Of a DNA stretch of 58,715 bases, positions 45,075-54,751 are shown one piece after another. The stretch is from a virus. Lineage: Duplodnaviria; Caudoviricetes. The number at the start of each line of letters is the position of its first letter. Positions within the stretch are counted from its first letter, which is position 1. Where the stretch lies: positions 1-58,715 of IMG/VR virus record IMGVR_UViG_3300032561_000025. The stretch is one strand, 5' to 3'. Position numbers and translations under genes: made by a program. Under the pieces are notes generated by a model. It had not been told where the DNA came from and did not search any database. It worked only from the letters and a program-made list of their open reading frames with translations.

Positions 45075-45346
45075 GGGGTGGGAAGGGTTGGCGGGGCGAA
45101 GATGTTGGGGAAGGGATGATTTTGAAGGTATCCCCTGACATCGGCCAGCCCGGTGAAGAAGGGAACCGCGCAGAGGTGGATCAATTCCACCTCGATTGTG
45201 TGGGGCTGTAGGTCGAGGTGGGCAGCACCATCGGCAACGGCAATGCCGCCACCAACGGGAGCACCCACGGGGAACCCATCGATAAAGCCCGTGAAGAAGG
45301 CGGCAAGAGCACCGCCGAACCAGACCTTGAATGCTGATGTGTTCAT
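45071..45346 (-). CDS. Putative holin
   Basis: 91 aa with two hydrophobic segments and a YL..HP.P end; ATG at 45346. Confidence 0.55.
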   Translation of the reverse strand: MNTSAFKVWFGGALAAFFTGFIDGFPVGAPVGGGIAVADGAAHLDLQPHTIEVELIHLCAVPFFTGLADVRGYLQNHPFPNIFAPPTLPTP

Positions 45347-46125
45347 GTGATTTGGGCCAAATCGGACTGGAGGGTTGCGAGGTCGAATCCTGACGGGGAT
45401 TCCCCGTTTGCCTCGATCCACTCGGGGGTAAGGCAGGCGTAGGCTTCATCAAAATACCTGTTCCAGAAGTCCCATGTCATCCTCTGCTTCTGCCCCCAAG
45501 TGATGCAGGTGAGTCCGTCCTCGTCAGCCGCGACGATAATGACGCAGTGTCCTCCCCATGAGCCGGGGGATCCAGCCGGGGTGGGATCGATGTCCCATAC
45601 GCCGCCAACCTGAGCCTGAGCCGACACAGGAAGCGCAACCCCCGTGTAGAGGAATCCGAACAGGTAGAGGGCCTGCATCACCTCCACCTTGTTCAAGGGG
45701 TTCACAGCGGCATACGCAGCTATCCTGTGGCCCGTCCCAGCGATGCCGTTAGTCCTCCAGTAGTTGAGGACGTTCAACTCGATCCCCCCCTGATCCGTTG
45801 AGGGGTCTGCGGGGTTGAACCCGCAAGCCGCCTCGTAGGCCAGCAGGATGTCATGGTCCGAGATAGTCACCTCGGGGGGATTTGCGTTCGCCGTGATCGT
45901 CTGAACCGCATGGCCCATCCCTGAACAGGTGCAGCATCCGTAACGGTCGTTGTTCATCATTCCGCATGGGAAGGTGACAAGCTTAGTCCAATCCACGCTC
46001 GCGGGGGGAGGAGGCAATGCCCTAACGTACTTCGCTAGGCGCAGCGTGCGCGGATCATGGCGAGGGCTTTTCTTGCCCAGCTTCACCTTGAGGAAATCGG
46101 TACTCGCATGAGTTGGATTCGGCAT
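45343..46125 (-). CDS. Papain-fold (C1-like) cysteine peptidase, candidate endolysin
   Basis: ND.YG.CT.S..GH (catalytic Cys), D.GG, WGGHCV (His) and TWG. Confidence 0.7.
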   Translation of the reverse strand: MPNPTHASTDFLKVKLGKKSPRHDPRTLRLAKYVRALPPPPASVDWTKLVTFPCGMMNNDRYGCCTCSGMGHAVQTITANANPPEVTISDHDILLAYEAACGFNPADPSTDQGGIELNVLNYWRTNGIAGTGHRIAAYAAVNPLNKVEVMQALYLFGFLYTGVALPVSAQAQVGGVWDIDPTPAGSPGSWGGHCVIIVAADEDGLTCITWGQKQRMTWDFWNRYFDEAYACLTPEWIEANGESPSGFDLATLQSDLAQIT

Positions 46126-46193
46126 CGTAGGGGGGAAGGTTGAGATAGAGGTGATGAAGGTGATCGTAGGTGGGATCGAATCGCTGGCAGGAG

Positions 46194-46523
46194 TCAGTGA
46201 AGGGGCATCCGGCTCCGTCGCAGCGGGGTTCGATCATGGGTTGTCGGGAGGGGGTGGCGGGGGGGGGCGTAGAGATACCAGTCGCCCTTCCCATCGGCAT
46301 CCACAACCTCGTCAACGAGGACTAGGGAGGGGTTGGTGGAGGGGTCGCCGTAGACGGCCTGCACTTCGCTTGCCCAGTCTATGCCGTAGAGGGTGCCGTT
46401 CGTGGAGACGCCTGACCACTGGTTATATGACCCGTGGTAGGTGTCCCGCAGGTACAGGCAAACCTTGGCGTCGGCGTCCTGCGCGGCGGCGTAGCTGTTG
46501 AAGGTTAAGAAGGTGCGGCTCAT
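46194..46523 (-). CDS. Small protein coupled to the LamG-like gene
   Basis: ATGA overlap with 46520; the C-terminus probably depends on a poly-G tract. Confidence 0.55.
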   Translation of the reverse strand: MSRTFLTFNSYAAAQDADAKVCLYLRDTYHGSYNQWSGVSTNGTLYGIDWASEVQAVYGDPSTNPSLVLVDEVVDADGKGDWYLYAPPRHPLPTTHDRTPLRRSRMPLH

Positions 46524-48562
46524 GGCGTGACGATCTTCCACTTGCTAATCTGATAATTTGCGATTTGGGCCTGTGTCGCTGCGCTGTCGGCTGCGCTGCG
46601 CAGGAGAAGTTCGCTGACTAGGATGTTCGTGTATTGGGACGATCCGGTTCCTGCACCGCTCCCGAGCGTCAGCCCGTTCATGTTGTTTGCGCCGGGGGTC
46701 ACGTTTACCGTAATGGGTGCGGTTAGGTTGACCTTCCCCGATGAGCTTGCCCCGTTGAATACAAACGCGGAAGCGCATAGGTTCTGGGTTGCCTTCGTGT
46801 TGGAAAAGCCGCTGGTGGCGTTTGAGCCAGCGTAAAGCCGAAGCGGCTTTGTGGGTGTGTCGGCCCCCACAACGAAAAGCGCACCCGTATTGTAGGTGCC
46901 GCCATCAAACACATCCTGATAGGTTGGCGTTGTGCCGGAATTTAGCAGGGAGAATGTCGCATAGATGGACTCCGGCTGCGCGTAGCTAAACGGCGCACTT
47001 GCCATGTAGCTGCTCGTCCCGTTGAAGTACGCGCAATTTTGGCCCACGACGCACGCGCCGCCGTTGATCGTCCAGACCTCGCCCGTAGTGGCAGTCCATG
47101 TCGCGCCCGAGGAGTAGCTGGCGTTCGGGTTGCAGGTGAGGGTTGCCACCGCGCTTGCCACCGTGACGCTGTAGATGCTGCCCGTCCACGGCCCCACCGT
47201 TGCAGTTACTGCGGCGTTTGTGAGCGTATGAACCGATCCAACCGTCCCTAGCGGGGTTGACCCGTTCTGCGTGAAGGTCGCGCCCACCCCGTCAGTCCAT
47301 GCGATTGCCAGCGTGCCGCGTGCGCCCGCCGTGATGGAGCAGGCAGAGGTCGAGTCCACGTTCGTCGCCGCGCTGCCATCGCCCACCACAAGGCGCACAA
47401 CTCCCGTTGTGAGCAGAAGCACGCGAATCCCGTTGTTGCCGCTCAACTTGTCAAAGAGGGTTACGTTCGATGCGGGCGCATAGCTGGACAGGGCCAAGTC
47501 AAAGGTGAGCGTCGTATTGCCCGTAATGGTCTGCGTTGGCGTGGTCAGCGTGTATCCCGCCGTGCCATTGTTGTAAGAGTATTTCGTCCCTGCATACGCC
47601 AGCAATAATGGCTCGCTGGCAGCTACTAATTGCACGAGGTCCCTCTCGCCTGCGATGCGTGCTCCTGTCGCGCCGGTGCTGGCGATCGTCACCGTCGCCT
47701 GCGCGTTGTTCGGATTGAACTCCGTGAACTGGGGTAACAGCTTTGCCACCCGCGAGAAGTCCGCGTCAAACACAAGGTAGGCGTTGCTGATCGGACCCGT
47801 GTTCGTCGTTCCGCTGGCGATGGAGTTGTAGACACAGGCGCGATACATGACACCGGCCATATTGCCGTTGTTCTGCTCCGTGGCCCCAAGCTCAAGCTGA
47901 TAGGTTCCCGCGTGGATCGCCCCGGAGGCTATTGTCTGCTGCGCCCCAAGCGTTGACCAAGAAATGCCGTCCGGCGAAATGTAGAAGTTGACGTGTCCCG
48001 ACGAAGCCTCGTATGTCACCCTGCACCACGAAACGGAATAGGCCGCAAGCCCGGTTGCGTTCTGTGAAGTCGCCGCCCGCGTCGAACTCCCGTTGGTGCT
48101 CGTCAAGAAAACGAACCTGCCGCTGGAGTTTATGTAGAAGGTGTAGTCCCGGCTCGTGGAGACATCGTCCTTCGAGATCAGGCTTGGGTTGTTCGGCTGG
48201 GATGACCAACTCGACAGCATGATCTGGCACCTTAGATCAATGTCGCCCGTTATTTGCAGCGCAGCGGAACTCGGCGCCCAAGCGTAGTTATATGTGACCC
48301 CATTCAGCACCAAGCAATTCGTGGAGCTGTTGCCGCTGCGATCCGCGATCAGCGAAATCTTCGGAGGAGACGAACTGTCGCACTGGTAGGTCGCGTCGGA
48401 CTTGCTGCCTTGAAGCGAATACAGAGCCGCGGCACCGCCCGACTTGCTGAACAGGTAGCCGACATTCGATCCGCTAAGAATCGAAGCCCATTGCGCCGAA
48501 ACAGGCAGGACCGCAGCCGCAAGCAGGGCGAGCAGAACTGCTAAACGGTGGAGGAATTTCAT
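46520..48562 (-). CDS. Signal-peptide protein with concanavalin/LamG-like domains
   Basis: MKFLHRLAVLLALLAAAVLPVSA signal; LQITGDIDLR..I and V.FY.S.DG..W..LG beta-sandwich motifs. Confidence 0.65.
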   Translation of the reverse strand: MKFLHRLAVLLALLAAAVLPVSAQWASILSGSNVGYLFSKSGGAAALYSLQGSKSDATYQCDSSSPPKISLIADRSGNSSTNCLVLNGVTYNYAWAPSSAALQITGDIDLRCQIMLSSWSSQPNNPSLISKDDVSTSRDYTFYINSSGRFVFLTSTNGSSTRAATSQNATGLAAYSVSWCRVTYEASSGHVNFYISPDGISWSTLGAQQTIASGAIHAGTYQLELGATEQNNGNMAGVMYRACVYNSIASGTTNTGPISNAYLVFDADFSRVAKLLPQFTEFNPNNAQATVTIASTGATGARIAGERDLVQLVAASEPLLLAYAGTKYSYNNGTAGYTLTTPTQTITGNTTLTFDLALSSYAPASNVTLFDKLSGNNGIRVLLLTTGVVRLVVGDGSAATNVDSTSACSITAGARGTLAIAWTDGVGATFTQNGSTPLGTVGSVHTLTNAAVTATVGPWTGSIYSVTVASAVATLTCNPNASYSSGATWTATTGEVWTINGGACVVGQNCAYFNGTSSYMASAPFSYAQPESIYATFSLLNSGTTPTYQDVFDGGTYNTGALFVVGADTPTKPLRLYAGSNATSGFSNTKATQNLCASAFVFNGASSSGKVNLTAPITVNVTPGANNMNGLTLGSGAGTGSSQYTNILVSELLLRSAADSAATQAQIANYQISKWKIVTP

Positions 48563-48568
48563 GGCTGA

Positions 48569-50056
48569 TTAAGCGCCGGAAGCCGCAGCCCAGGTGCCGA
48601 TGTAGCCAGTCCCGAAGGTGAAGCTCCAATGCACGCCGTCCGAAATCGCGACCGCGTAGTCGCCGACCGAAGGCGACGCATCTTGGAAATAGTAGTTTAC
48701 CGTGATGGCAGCGCCCGAGACGTAGAAGATGTCGCCGGAATAGGGCTGGAAGTTGATGTGATGCGCCCCGACAGCGGCAGCGACGATCATAACCGCCATG
48801 CCCTTGTTGCCCGCAGCAGCAGCCGGAAGCGTGTAGGTGCGATTAGCGGCGGTGCAGTCGGTGTAGACGATGGTCAGCGGAGCGACCAGCGTCATCGCGC
48901 CCGCAGTCGTGTCGGGAGCCGCAATCGTTCCGACGAAAGCAGCCCTGCCTGCAGCATTGGCGAAAGCGTCGGTCGCGACAGCAGTCGTATTATCCAGAAC
49001 CGACTGGGTTGTCGCCGTAGTCGTGCTAGGAAGGGCCGTTGTGCTCGACAGAACACCCAGCGAATTATTAACCACTACCCCAGCCGTCGAAAACGTGCTC
49101 ACTACCGGACTCACCGCGAACGTGGCCGTCCCCGTAGCCGAAGCCAGCGTGATCCCCGTCCCGAACGTACCCGTGCCGAGAGTCAGATCGCTCAACGCAG
49201 CCGATTTTACCGTGTTCACTCCCAAGAGCGATGTACCCGTGAACGTGTTCGTTCCCGCTGCCAGTTGCGGATAACGGGCGTCTAGCTGGGACAGGGCTAC
49301 GTCGTTGCTGACCGCATACCAGATGCCCGGTGTTCCCGCCGCGTACTGGAAGGAAACCGCCTGATTGACAAGAGGCATCGAATAGCTCGTCCCTCCCCCG
49401 ACCTTGTTGAAGACATCGGTCCCGCCCGTGTTGATCGTGACCCCGTTCGATCCTCCCATGATCACCAGCTTTGCCGCCACCCTTGTCTTGTCGGCAGGAG
49501 CGGTGGGAAGCGTGATCGTGATCGCGTTGCTCGTCGTGTCGCAGGGAACGAAGTCACCCGGCTGGGCCGCGTAGGTCGCCGCCGTCTTCACCGCAGTCGT
49601 GTTTAAACCAACCGAGAAATACTGCCCGGTCCCAACCGTGGGAAATGCCAGACCGTTTATCGATGTCAGACCTGTCGGCGTTAATGTCCACGATGCCGCC
49701 GATCCGTTGTTCGTAAGGATTGCATTCGCCGTACCCGCGCTCATTGATGGAAGGATGCTCGATCCGCTCACGATCAGCCCTCCGTTCGCGTCTACACTCA
49801 GGTACTGGAACTTCCCCGATGGATTCACAGCGGTCCCAAACACCGCGCTGGGTGCGCTTACCGTTGCGCCCGGCAGCGAAGAGGTTGCCAGCATCAGCGC
49901 ACCGTTCGCATCGACGTTCAGGTATTTAAACACACCTGACGGGTTCACCGCCAGACCCGCCACATCGGTCGGCGCGGGAGTTGTCGCCATGACCGGTATC
50001 CCCAAAGCAAGCAAGGCGACCGAGAAAAGTTTGTTCATCAGTGTTTTCATGGGCAT
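48569..50056 (-). CDS. Signal-peptide fibre-like protein
   Basis: Signal peptide, a duplicated AVNPSG.F.YL.VDANG.L motif and TITLP.A...G fibre domains. Confidence 0.65.
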   Translation of the reverse strand: MPMKTLMNKLFSVALLALGIPVMATTPAPTDVAGLAVNPSGVFKYLNVDANGALMLATSSLPGATVSAPSAVFGTAVNPSGKFQYLSVDANGGLIVSGSSILPSMSAGTANAILTNNGSAASWTLTPTGLTSINGLAFPTVGTGQYFSVGLNTTAVKTAATYAAQPGDFVPCDTTSNAITITLPTAPADKTRVAAKLVIMGGSNGVTINTGGTDVFNKVGGGTSYSMPLVNQAVSFQYAAGTPGIWYAVSNDVALSQLDARYPQLAAGTNTFTGTSLLGVNTVKSAALSDLTLGTGTFGTGITLASATGTATFAVSPVVSTFSTAGVVVNNSLGVLSSTTALPSTTTATTQSVLDNTTAVATDAFANAAGRAAFVGTIAAPDTTAGAMTLVAPLTIVYTDCTAANRTYTLPAAAAGNKGMAVMIVAAAVGAHHINFQPYSGDIFYVSGAAITVNYYFQDASPSVGDYAVAISDGVHWSFTFGTGYIGTWAAASGA

Positions 50057-50071
50057 TATGCGTTTAAATCC

Positions 50072-50929
50072 TCAATAGGTCACAATTACAATCCCAGAAC
50101 CTCCAAACCCCGGAGCTACGTTTGTTTGGCTTCCTGAGTAACCGCCGCCACCTCCACCACCGGATCCAGTGTTGGGAGTTGCATCCGTGGCGACACCATT
50201 GTGGTCACCACCATGCCCAGCACCGGCTGTTCCGGGCGGCGTGGAATAATTACCTCCAACGCTGGCGACTCCGGTTGCCCCGCCTCCCCCACCGGCTCCA
50301 TAATACACACCGGCATAAAGATACCCGGTCCCACCATTGCCGCCAACTCCTCGGGTTGAGTAGACCCCATCTGAGCCTGTGGATGCCTGACCGCCGCCAC
50401 CACCTCCCGCCGAATTTGCCCCATTGCCTCCGGTATTTCCTTGCCCGGCTGTACCGGAACCGGGGTTCGAATAAGTTGCCGCTGCTCCACCGCCTGACCC
50501 ACCGGTTGCTCCAGCGGAGTTGTAATATCCTCCATGACCACCTCCCACCGCGACAAGGGTTCCAAATATCGATGACCCTCCATTCGTATCCCAAGAACCA
50601 TAATTTCCTACGGTTACCGTAATGGTTGATCCCGGCGTGACCGAATAGGTTGTGTTTCGGATTACGCCGCCGCCGCCGCCGCCGCCGCCAGCCTCACCGT
50701 CAGGAGTTGTTGCCTCTCCGCCACCACCACCGCCGCCCACCACAAGGACATCAACACTCGTTATACCCACAGGCACCGTCCAGCTTGTCGTTCCAACCGT
50801 GCTGAACGTGACTGTTCCGTGGGACACAACCTGACCCCACAGACCAAACGGGATCTGCTGAAAGGCGATAAGCGGGGCGCATACCGCCACCGCGCACGCG
50901 ATCAGGAATAGCTTAGTAGTTCTGGACAT
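50072..50929 (-). CDS. Signal-peptide glycine-rich fibre-tip-like protein
   Basis: F...[22 protein letters not shown]...[10 protein letters not shown] glycine-rich domain after a signal peptide. Confidence 0.7.
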   Translation of the reverse strand: MSRTTKLFLIACAVAVCAPLIAFQQIPFGLWGQVVSHGTVTFSTVGTTSWTVPVGITSVDVLVVGGGGGGGEATTPDGEAGGGGGGGGVIRNTTYSVTPGSTITVTVGNYGSWDTNGGSSIFGTLVAVGGGHGGYYNSAGATGGSGGGAAATYSNPGSGTAGQGNTGGNGANSAGGGGGGQASTGSDGVYSTRGVGGNGGTGYLYAGVYYGAGGGGGATGVASVGGNYSTPPGTAGAGHGGDHNGVATDATPNTGSGGGGGGGYSGSQTNVAPGFGGSGIVIVTY

Positions 50930-52547
50930 AGGAGCCTTGCAGATAACCGGATACGGCGTTGTATTTTACCGTGTAGGTGTCCGTGTGCGTCCCTGAAGTC
51001 ATTATCGGAGCGTTATTGCTGGGCCATTTCATTGTGGGCCAAGTAACCGTGTAGGCATTCGCACCCGTCTGGTGGATGTCGATGGTGATTATTTGCCCGT
51101 CCTGAACATGGGCGAAGGAAATCGTGCAGTTTCCACCGCCAACCGTGGTCAGGGTAAGGTCAAAGGAATTGCTCAGAGCCCAGTCGATTGTCGCCGCGCC
51201 ACCGCTTTCCGTAACTGTCACCGTACCCGGTGTCATGTTTTGGTTCGCCGCAGCCACCGTTGTCGCCCCGGTCCCGCCATTGCCCACTGCAAGCGTTCCA
51301 GTTACTCCTCCGCTGCCCGAGGTAGAGAGATTAATCGCGTTGACGGTGACCGTACCAGCCGTGTTCGTAAGGCCCGTAGAAAAGGTCAGAGCGGTCGGAT
51401 TAGGGATTGCGAACCATCCTTTAGTTCCTCCGCTGTTCGTCCCGTAATAATAACTGTTCCCCGGAGAAGCACTGTCGTTGGTCAGCGTGACCGTGCCTGA
51501 GGAATTGTAGACCGACTGGGAAAACGTGTACGCGGTCCCCGGAGGCGTTGCCCATGTCCCGTCTCCGCGCCAGTACGTCGATGCCGATGCCGATGTCCCG
51601 CTGTTTAAATTCCCAACCGGGAGATTCCCGGTCACCCCGCCGGATCCCGCGCTCGCAAGGCTGATTGCGTTTACCGTAATCGTCCCGAGGGTATTTGTCA
51701 GGCCGGTCGAGAACGAAAGTGCTGTCGGATTCGCAATGGCGAACCAGCCGCGAGTCCCGCTTGAATTTGTCCCGTAGTAGTACGAGGCCGCAGGAGTAGG
51801 GGTATCCCCGGTTAGGGTGATCGTCCCGGATCCATTCGTGACGGATTGGGCAAATGTAAGCGTCGATTGCTTACCGGCCAGCGCACTGCTCAAGTCCGTC
51901 TGTGCAGAAAGCGTTCCTCCAATCGATCCCCAGTTTGCACTGCCTGCCCCTCCTGACGCATTCAGCGTGCTGCCAGACATCGAAAGGTTTGTTCCCAGAG
52001 TCGCGTTCGCCCATGCCGATCCGTTCCAATAAAGAAAATTATTCAGGGACGGAGTGGCCGGTGCTGTGATCCTTGCGTTCAGTGCCGTGTTTAAATCGGT
52101 CTGGTTCGATAGGGTTCCCGTGATTGATCCCCACGTTCCGCTCCCACTTGCGTTAAGGGTCGCCCCGGCAAGGGAAAGATTCGTCCCCAGAGTAATATTT
52201 GTAAATCCACCGGATCCGTTTCCCGCGAGAAGCTGGCTCGTTGTTGCCGTCGTAACCGGTGCCTTGGTGCCAAGAGCAGAGACGAGATCGGTCTGGTTTG
52301 TAAGCGTTCCGGTGATCGCACCCCATGACGCGCTTCCCCCTGTCCCCCCCACAATCGTTACCCCGGTGAAATCCACAGTGATTCCGGAACTAAAATTGTA
52401 GTAGGTTATCCCCGAAGTGTTGATCGTTCCGATGTGTCCCGATGTCCCGTTTGGCAACACCGTGACCGCCTGATGCTGGGCTAACGCGCCGCCACAAATT
52501 GCCAGCGAAAACCAAACCGTAAAGATCAGTTTAAACAGATTTTTCAT
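50913..52547 (-). CDS. Signal-peptide repetitive fibre protein
   Basis: Signal peptide ending ALA-Q, WG.I.GTL..QTDL x3, a duplicated ~85-aa block and [14 protein letters not shown]. Confidence 0.7.
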   Translation of the reverse strand: MKNLFKLIFTVWFSLAICGGALAQHQAVTVLPNGTSGHIGTINTSGITYYNFSSGITVDFTGVTIVGGTGGSASWGAITGTLTNQTDLVSALGTKAPVTTATTSQLLAGNGSGGFTNITLGTNLSLAGATLNASGSGTWGSITGTLSNQTDLNTALNARITAPATPSLNNFLYWNGSAWANATLGTNLSMSGSTLNASGGAGSANWGSIGGTLSAQTDLSSALAGKQSTLTFAQSVTNGSGTITLTGDTPTPAASYYYGTNSSGTRGWFAIANPTALSFSTGLTNTLGTITVNAISLASAGSGGVTGNLPVGNLNSGTSASASTYWRGDGTWATPPGTAYTFSQSVYNSSGTVTLTNDSASPGNSYYYGTNSGGTKGWFAIPNPTALTFSTGLTNTAGTVTVNAINLSTSGSGGVTGTLAVGNGGTGATTVAAANQNMTPGTVTVTESGGAATIDWALSNSFDLTLTTVGGGNCTISFAHVQDGQIITIDIHQTGANAYTVTWPTMKWPSNNAPIMTSGTHTDTYTVKYNAVSGYLQGSYVQNY

Positions 52548-52801
52548 CAGAGTGTCCTCACCCAGATCACGTTGTTGGTCATCGAGTCGTAATCGTTTGG
52601 AAGCAGGAAGGTGACTCCATCATCCGCCTCTCCCGCTCCCTTTGCCCGCAGCTTCCACTCCTGACTGTCATCGTTCAGGCTGAAAACATAGGCGCACGGG
52701 AATTGTAGGCCAAGCGTGGGGATTCCACGGATCCCGGCGATGCTGGTGATCTGGCCTTGGAATGCAACGACCTGTGCCTGTGGAAGCGGGAATTGGTACA
52801 T
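52547..52801 (-). CDS. Small virion-associated protein, paralog of the upstream gene's C-terminus
   Basis: Shares DD...WKLR....GE.D....F.LP.DY....NN.IWVR with 52801-53379. Confidence 0.65.
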   Translation of the reverse strand: MYQFPLPQAQVVAFQGQITSIAGIRGIPTLGLQFPCAYVFSLNDDSQEWKLRAKGAGEADDGVTFLLPNDYDSMTNNVIWVRTL

Positions 52802-53379
52802 CAGCGGATCCTCACCCAGATTTTATTGTTTGAAACGAGGCCGTAATCGAACGGGAGAATGAAGCCATTGTCGTTGTCATCCTCGCCAACCGCACGCTGC
52901 CGCAGCTTCCAGATCTCCATGTCATCGCTGATGCTCACGGCGATGGTCTGAGGAATCACGGTTTGCGTTGTCGGCAACTGCCTTATGGCATCGTGCGTGG
53001 TCAGGTCACCCCGAAACTCCACCACCGACTGCTCCGGGAAAGCGAACACCGTCTCGCTCGCCTTCGTCAGCGAGTACAGCTTCTGCTCCGAGGCGATCAA
53101 CACCGCAACCTGACGGTTCATGCCGGTGGAAGGCATCACGTTGCACTGGAATATCAGGCACACCGGGCTGTCGAGAACCGATCCAAGAATCGGCTCGATA
53201 CCCGGAGCGGACCGCACAACGCCATCATCAAACCGCACGTTTGATGCCGCAGTCGCATAGCGCGGATCCGGCTGGTCACCGGGAATGCGCGTCATCAGCC
53301 CGAGGGTCGGCGACTTGATCACCACCTCAAACCGCCCCATGCCGGGGCGCATGAAATCTTTTTCGAGTTTACGTCTCAC
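52801..53379 (-). CDS. Nozzle-like N-terminal fragment fused to a small repeated domain
   Basis: GL.T..P....P.......NVRF..G......G resembles the start of P22 gp10-like proteins. Confidence 0.55.
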   Translation of the reverse strand: MRRKLEKDFMRPGMGRFEVVIKSPTLGLMTRIPGDQPDPRYATAASNVRFDDGVVRSAPGIEPILGSVLDSPVCLIFQCNVMPSTGMNRQVAVLIASEQKLYSLTKASETVFAFPEQSVVEFRGDLTTHDAIRQLPTTQTVIPQTIAVSISDDMEIWKLRQRAVGEDDNDNGFILPFDYGLVSNNKIWVRIR

Positions 53380-54080
53380 GACTTGATGATCATGCGAAGC
53401 CCTAGAGAGGGCTGAAGATTATTGTGCGAGGTGCCTCCTCCGGTCGATCCGGTCGCAGATGCGGAATGGTCGGCGAGAATGCCACCAGCAGCACCCACGT
53501 TTCCGTTTGCCTGCGCGTTATTCAAATTCGCCGAAACGCTGTGGGTGTGGGCGGGCATTTCGTCAACGGTCAGCGTGTGGGTTTCCTCGCCTTCCTCTCC
53601 GCCCAGAGTCCAGTTCGTCGCGTCGGGTGCGTCACCGGTCCCTAGGCCAACCGCTGTCCTACCCTTTAGGTTCGGGAGCCCGAAATTCGTAACCCCGTCG
53701 CCTCCGAAGGTTGTGCCTAAAATCGCGGCAAGGGCCGGATAGGTTGCAATCAATTCCAGGGATCCGTCGCACTCCAGCCACCCCGAGGGAACCGAGGCAC
53801 CGCCATACGGGGCGATTAAACCCACCGGAATGAAATTCCCCACCACATCCCATGAGGGGGTTGAACTCGGTCCCGTGGACCGCAGGATCGTCCCCGCCGC
53901 GCCATACGGTGTCGGAAGGCCGTTCGGGACAGCCGAGGCGTTCAGCTCCCCCGTGGTCATGTTGAACGACACACTCAGGAAATTCTGAAGGTACGTCCAA
54001 ATCTTGCGGATTTCTGATGCTCCCGCGCTGATCGCATTTGAGTCGGCGGGTTGGGTAGGATCGATGATGGGGAGAGACAT
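53376..54080 (-). CDS. Tail collar domain protein
   Basis: PVG.I..Y.G..VP.GWL.CDG....YP.L...LGT.FGGDG.TNF.LP.L.GR, GEETHTLT..EMPAHTH and HNNLQP. Confidence 0.85.
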   Translation of the reverse strand: MSLPIIDPTQPADSNAISAGASEIRKIWTYLQNFLSVSFNMTTGELNASAVPNGLPTPYGAAGTILRSTGPSSTPSWDVVGNFIPVGLIAPYGGASVPSGWLECDGSLELIATYPALAAILGTTFGGDGVTNFGLPNLKGRTAVGLGTGDAPDATNWTLGGEEGEETHTLTVDEMPAHTHSVSANLNNAQANGNVGAAGGILADHSASATGSTGGGTSHNNLQPSLGLRMIIKS

Positions 54081-54097
54081 AAGAGTTCCTGTTTAAA

Positions 54098-54748
54098 CTA
54101 GAAGCCAGACATCCTGAACCTTCTTCCGCGAACCTCGCGGAAGCCGTCATCCGCAGCCGCAAGCTGGTACTGACGCTCAACTTCGGCCTGCGCAGCCTGT
54201 GCCATCTGCAAGGCGTCCGGGGTTCCAACGTGCCGGTAGGCGTACTGCTTCGCCTGTTCAAGCACCAGCATTGGATATTCCTTCGTCAGGTAATTCGAAT
54301 CCGTACCACCGGACAGGTCCGCAAAATAAAGGTAGCAGTCGAGTTGGAAGGTGGTCGTTGATCCGACCTGACCCAGAGTGTTTAAACTCCAGTTCGTGCC
54401 GTCGAAGTCGATGTACGCCTTCCGGTCCGGGGCTCCAACCTGAATCTCCAGCAGCCGCATCACCTCCTGCTTGCTGTAGAGAAACCAGTTCACAAACCCC
54501 TGCGGCGTTGTCGCATCCGTTCCGCGCAGTGGATTGATTCCGCTCTGCGGCTCCTTGAACGTAGCGGGCAGGTTGACCGATCCGTTCCCTCCGGGAATCG
54601 TCAGGCTGATCGTGTTCTTCATGCCGCGCCACGACCGCCTACGCTGTAGCTCGGACAGGGCCGTGTTGACCCATGTGGTCAGAATCCCGATCTGCGTGTC
54701 CTGCTTGGTGCAGTCGAGGAGAAGGGTCCGGTATTGGTCTAAGGTCAT
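54098..54748 (-). CDS. Head-tail adaptor / tail tubular protein A-like (paralog 2)
   Basis: WVN.A..ELQR, LP..FKEPQ.G and YLT..YP..VL; located after the capsid genes. Confidence 0.65.
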   Translation of the reverse strand: MTLDQYRTLLLDCTKQDTQIGILTTWVNTALSELQRRRSWRGMKNTISLTIPGGNGSVNLPATFKEPQSGINPLRGTDATTPQGFVNWFLYSKQEVMRLLEIQVGAPDRKAYIDFDGTNWSLNTLGQVGSTTTFQLDCYLYFADLSGGTDSNYLTKEYPMLVLEQAKQYAYRHVGTPDALQMAQAAQAEVERQYQLAAADDGFREVRGRRFRMSGF

Positions 54749-54751
54749 GGG

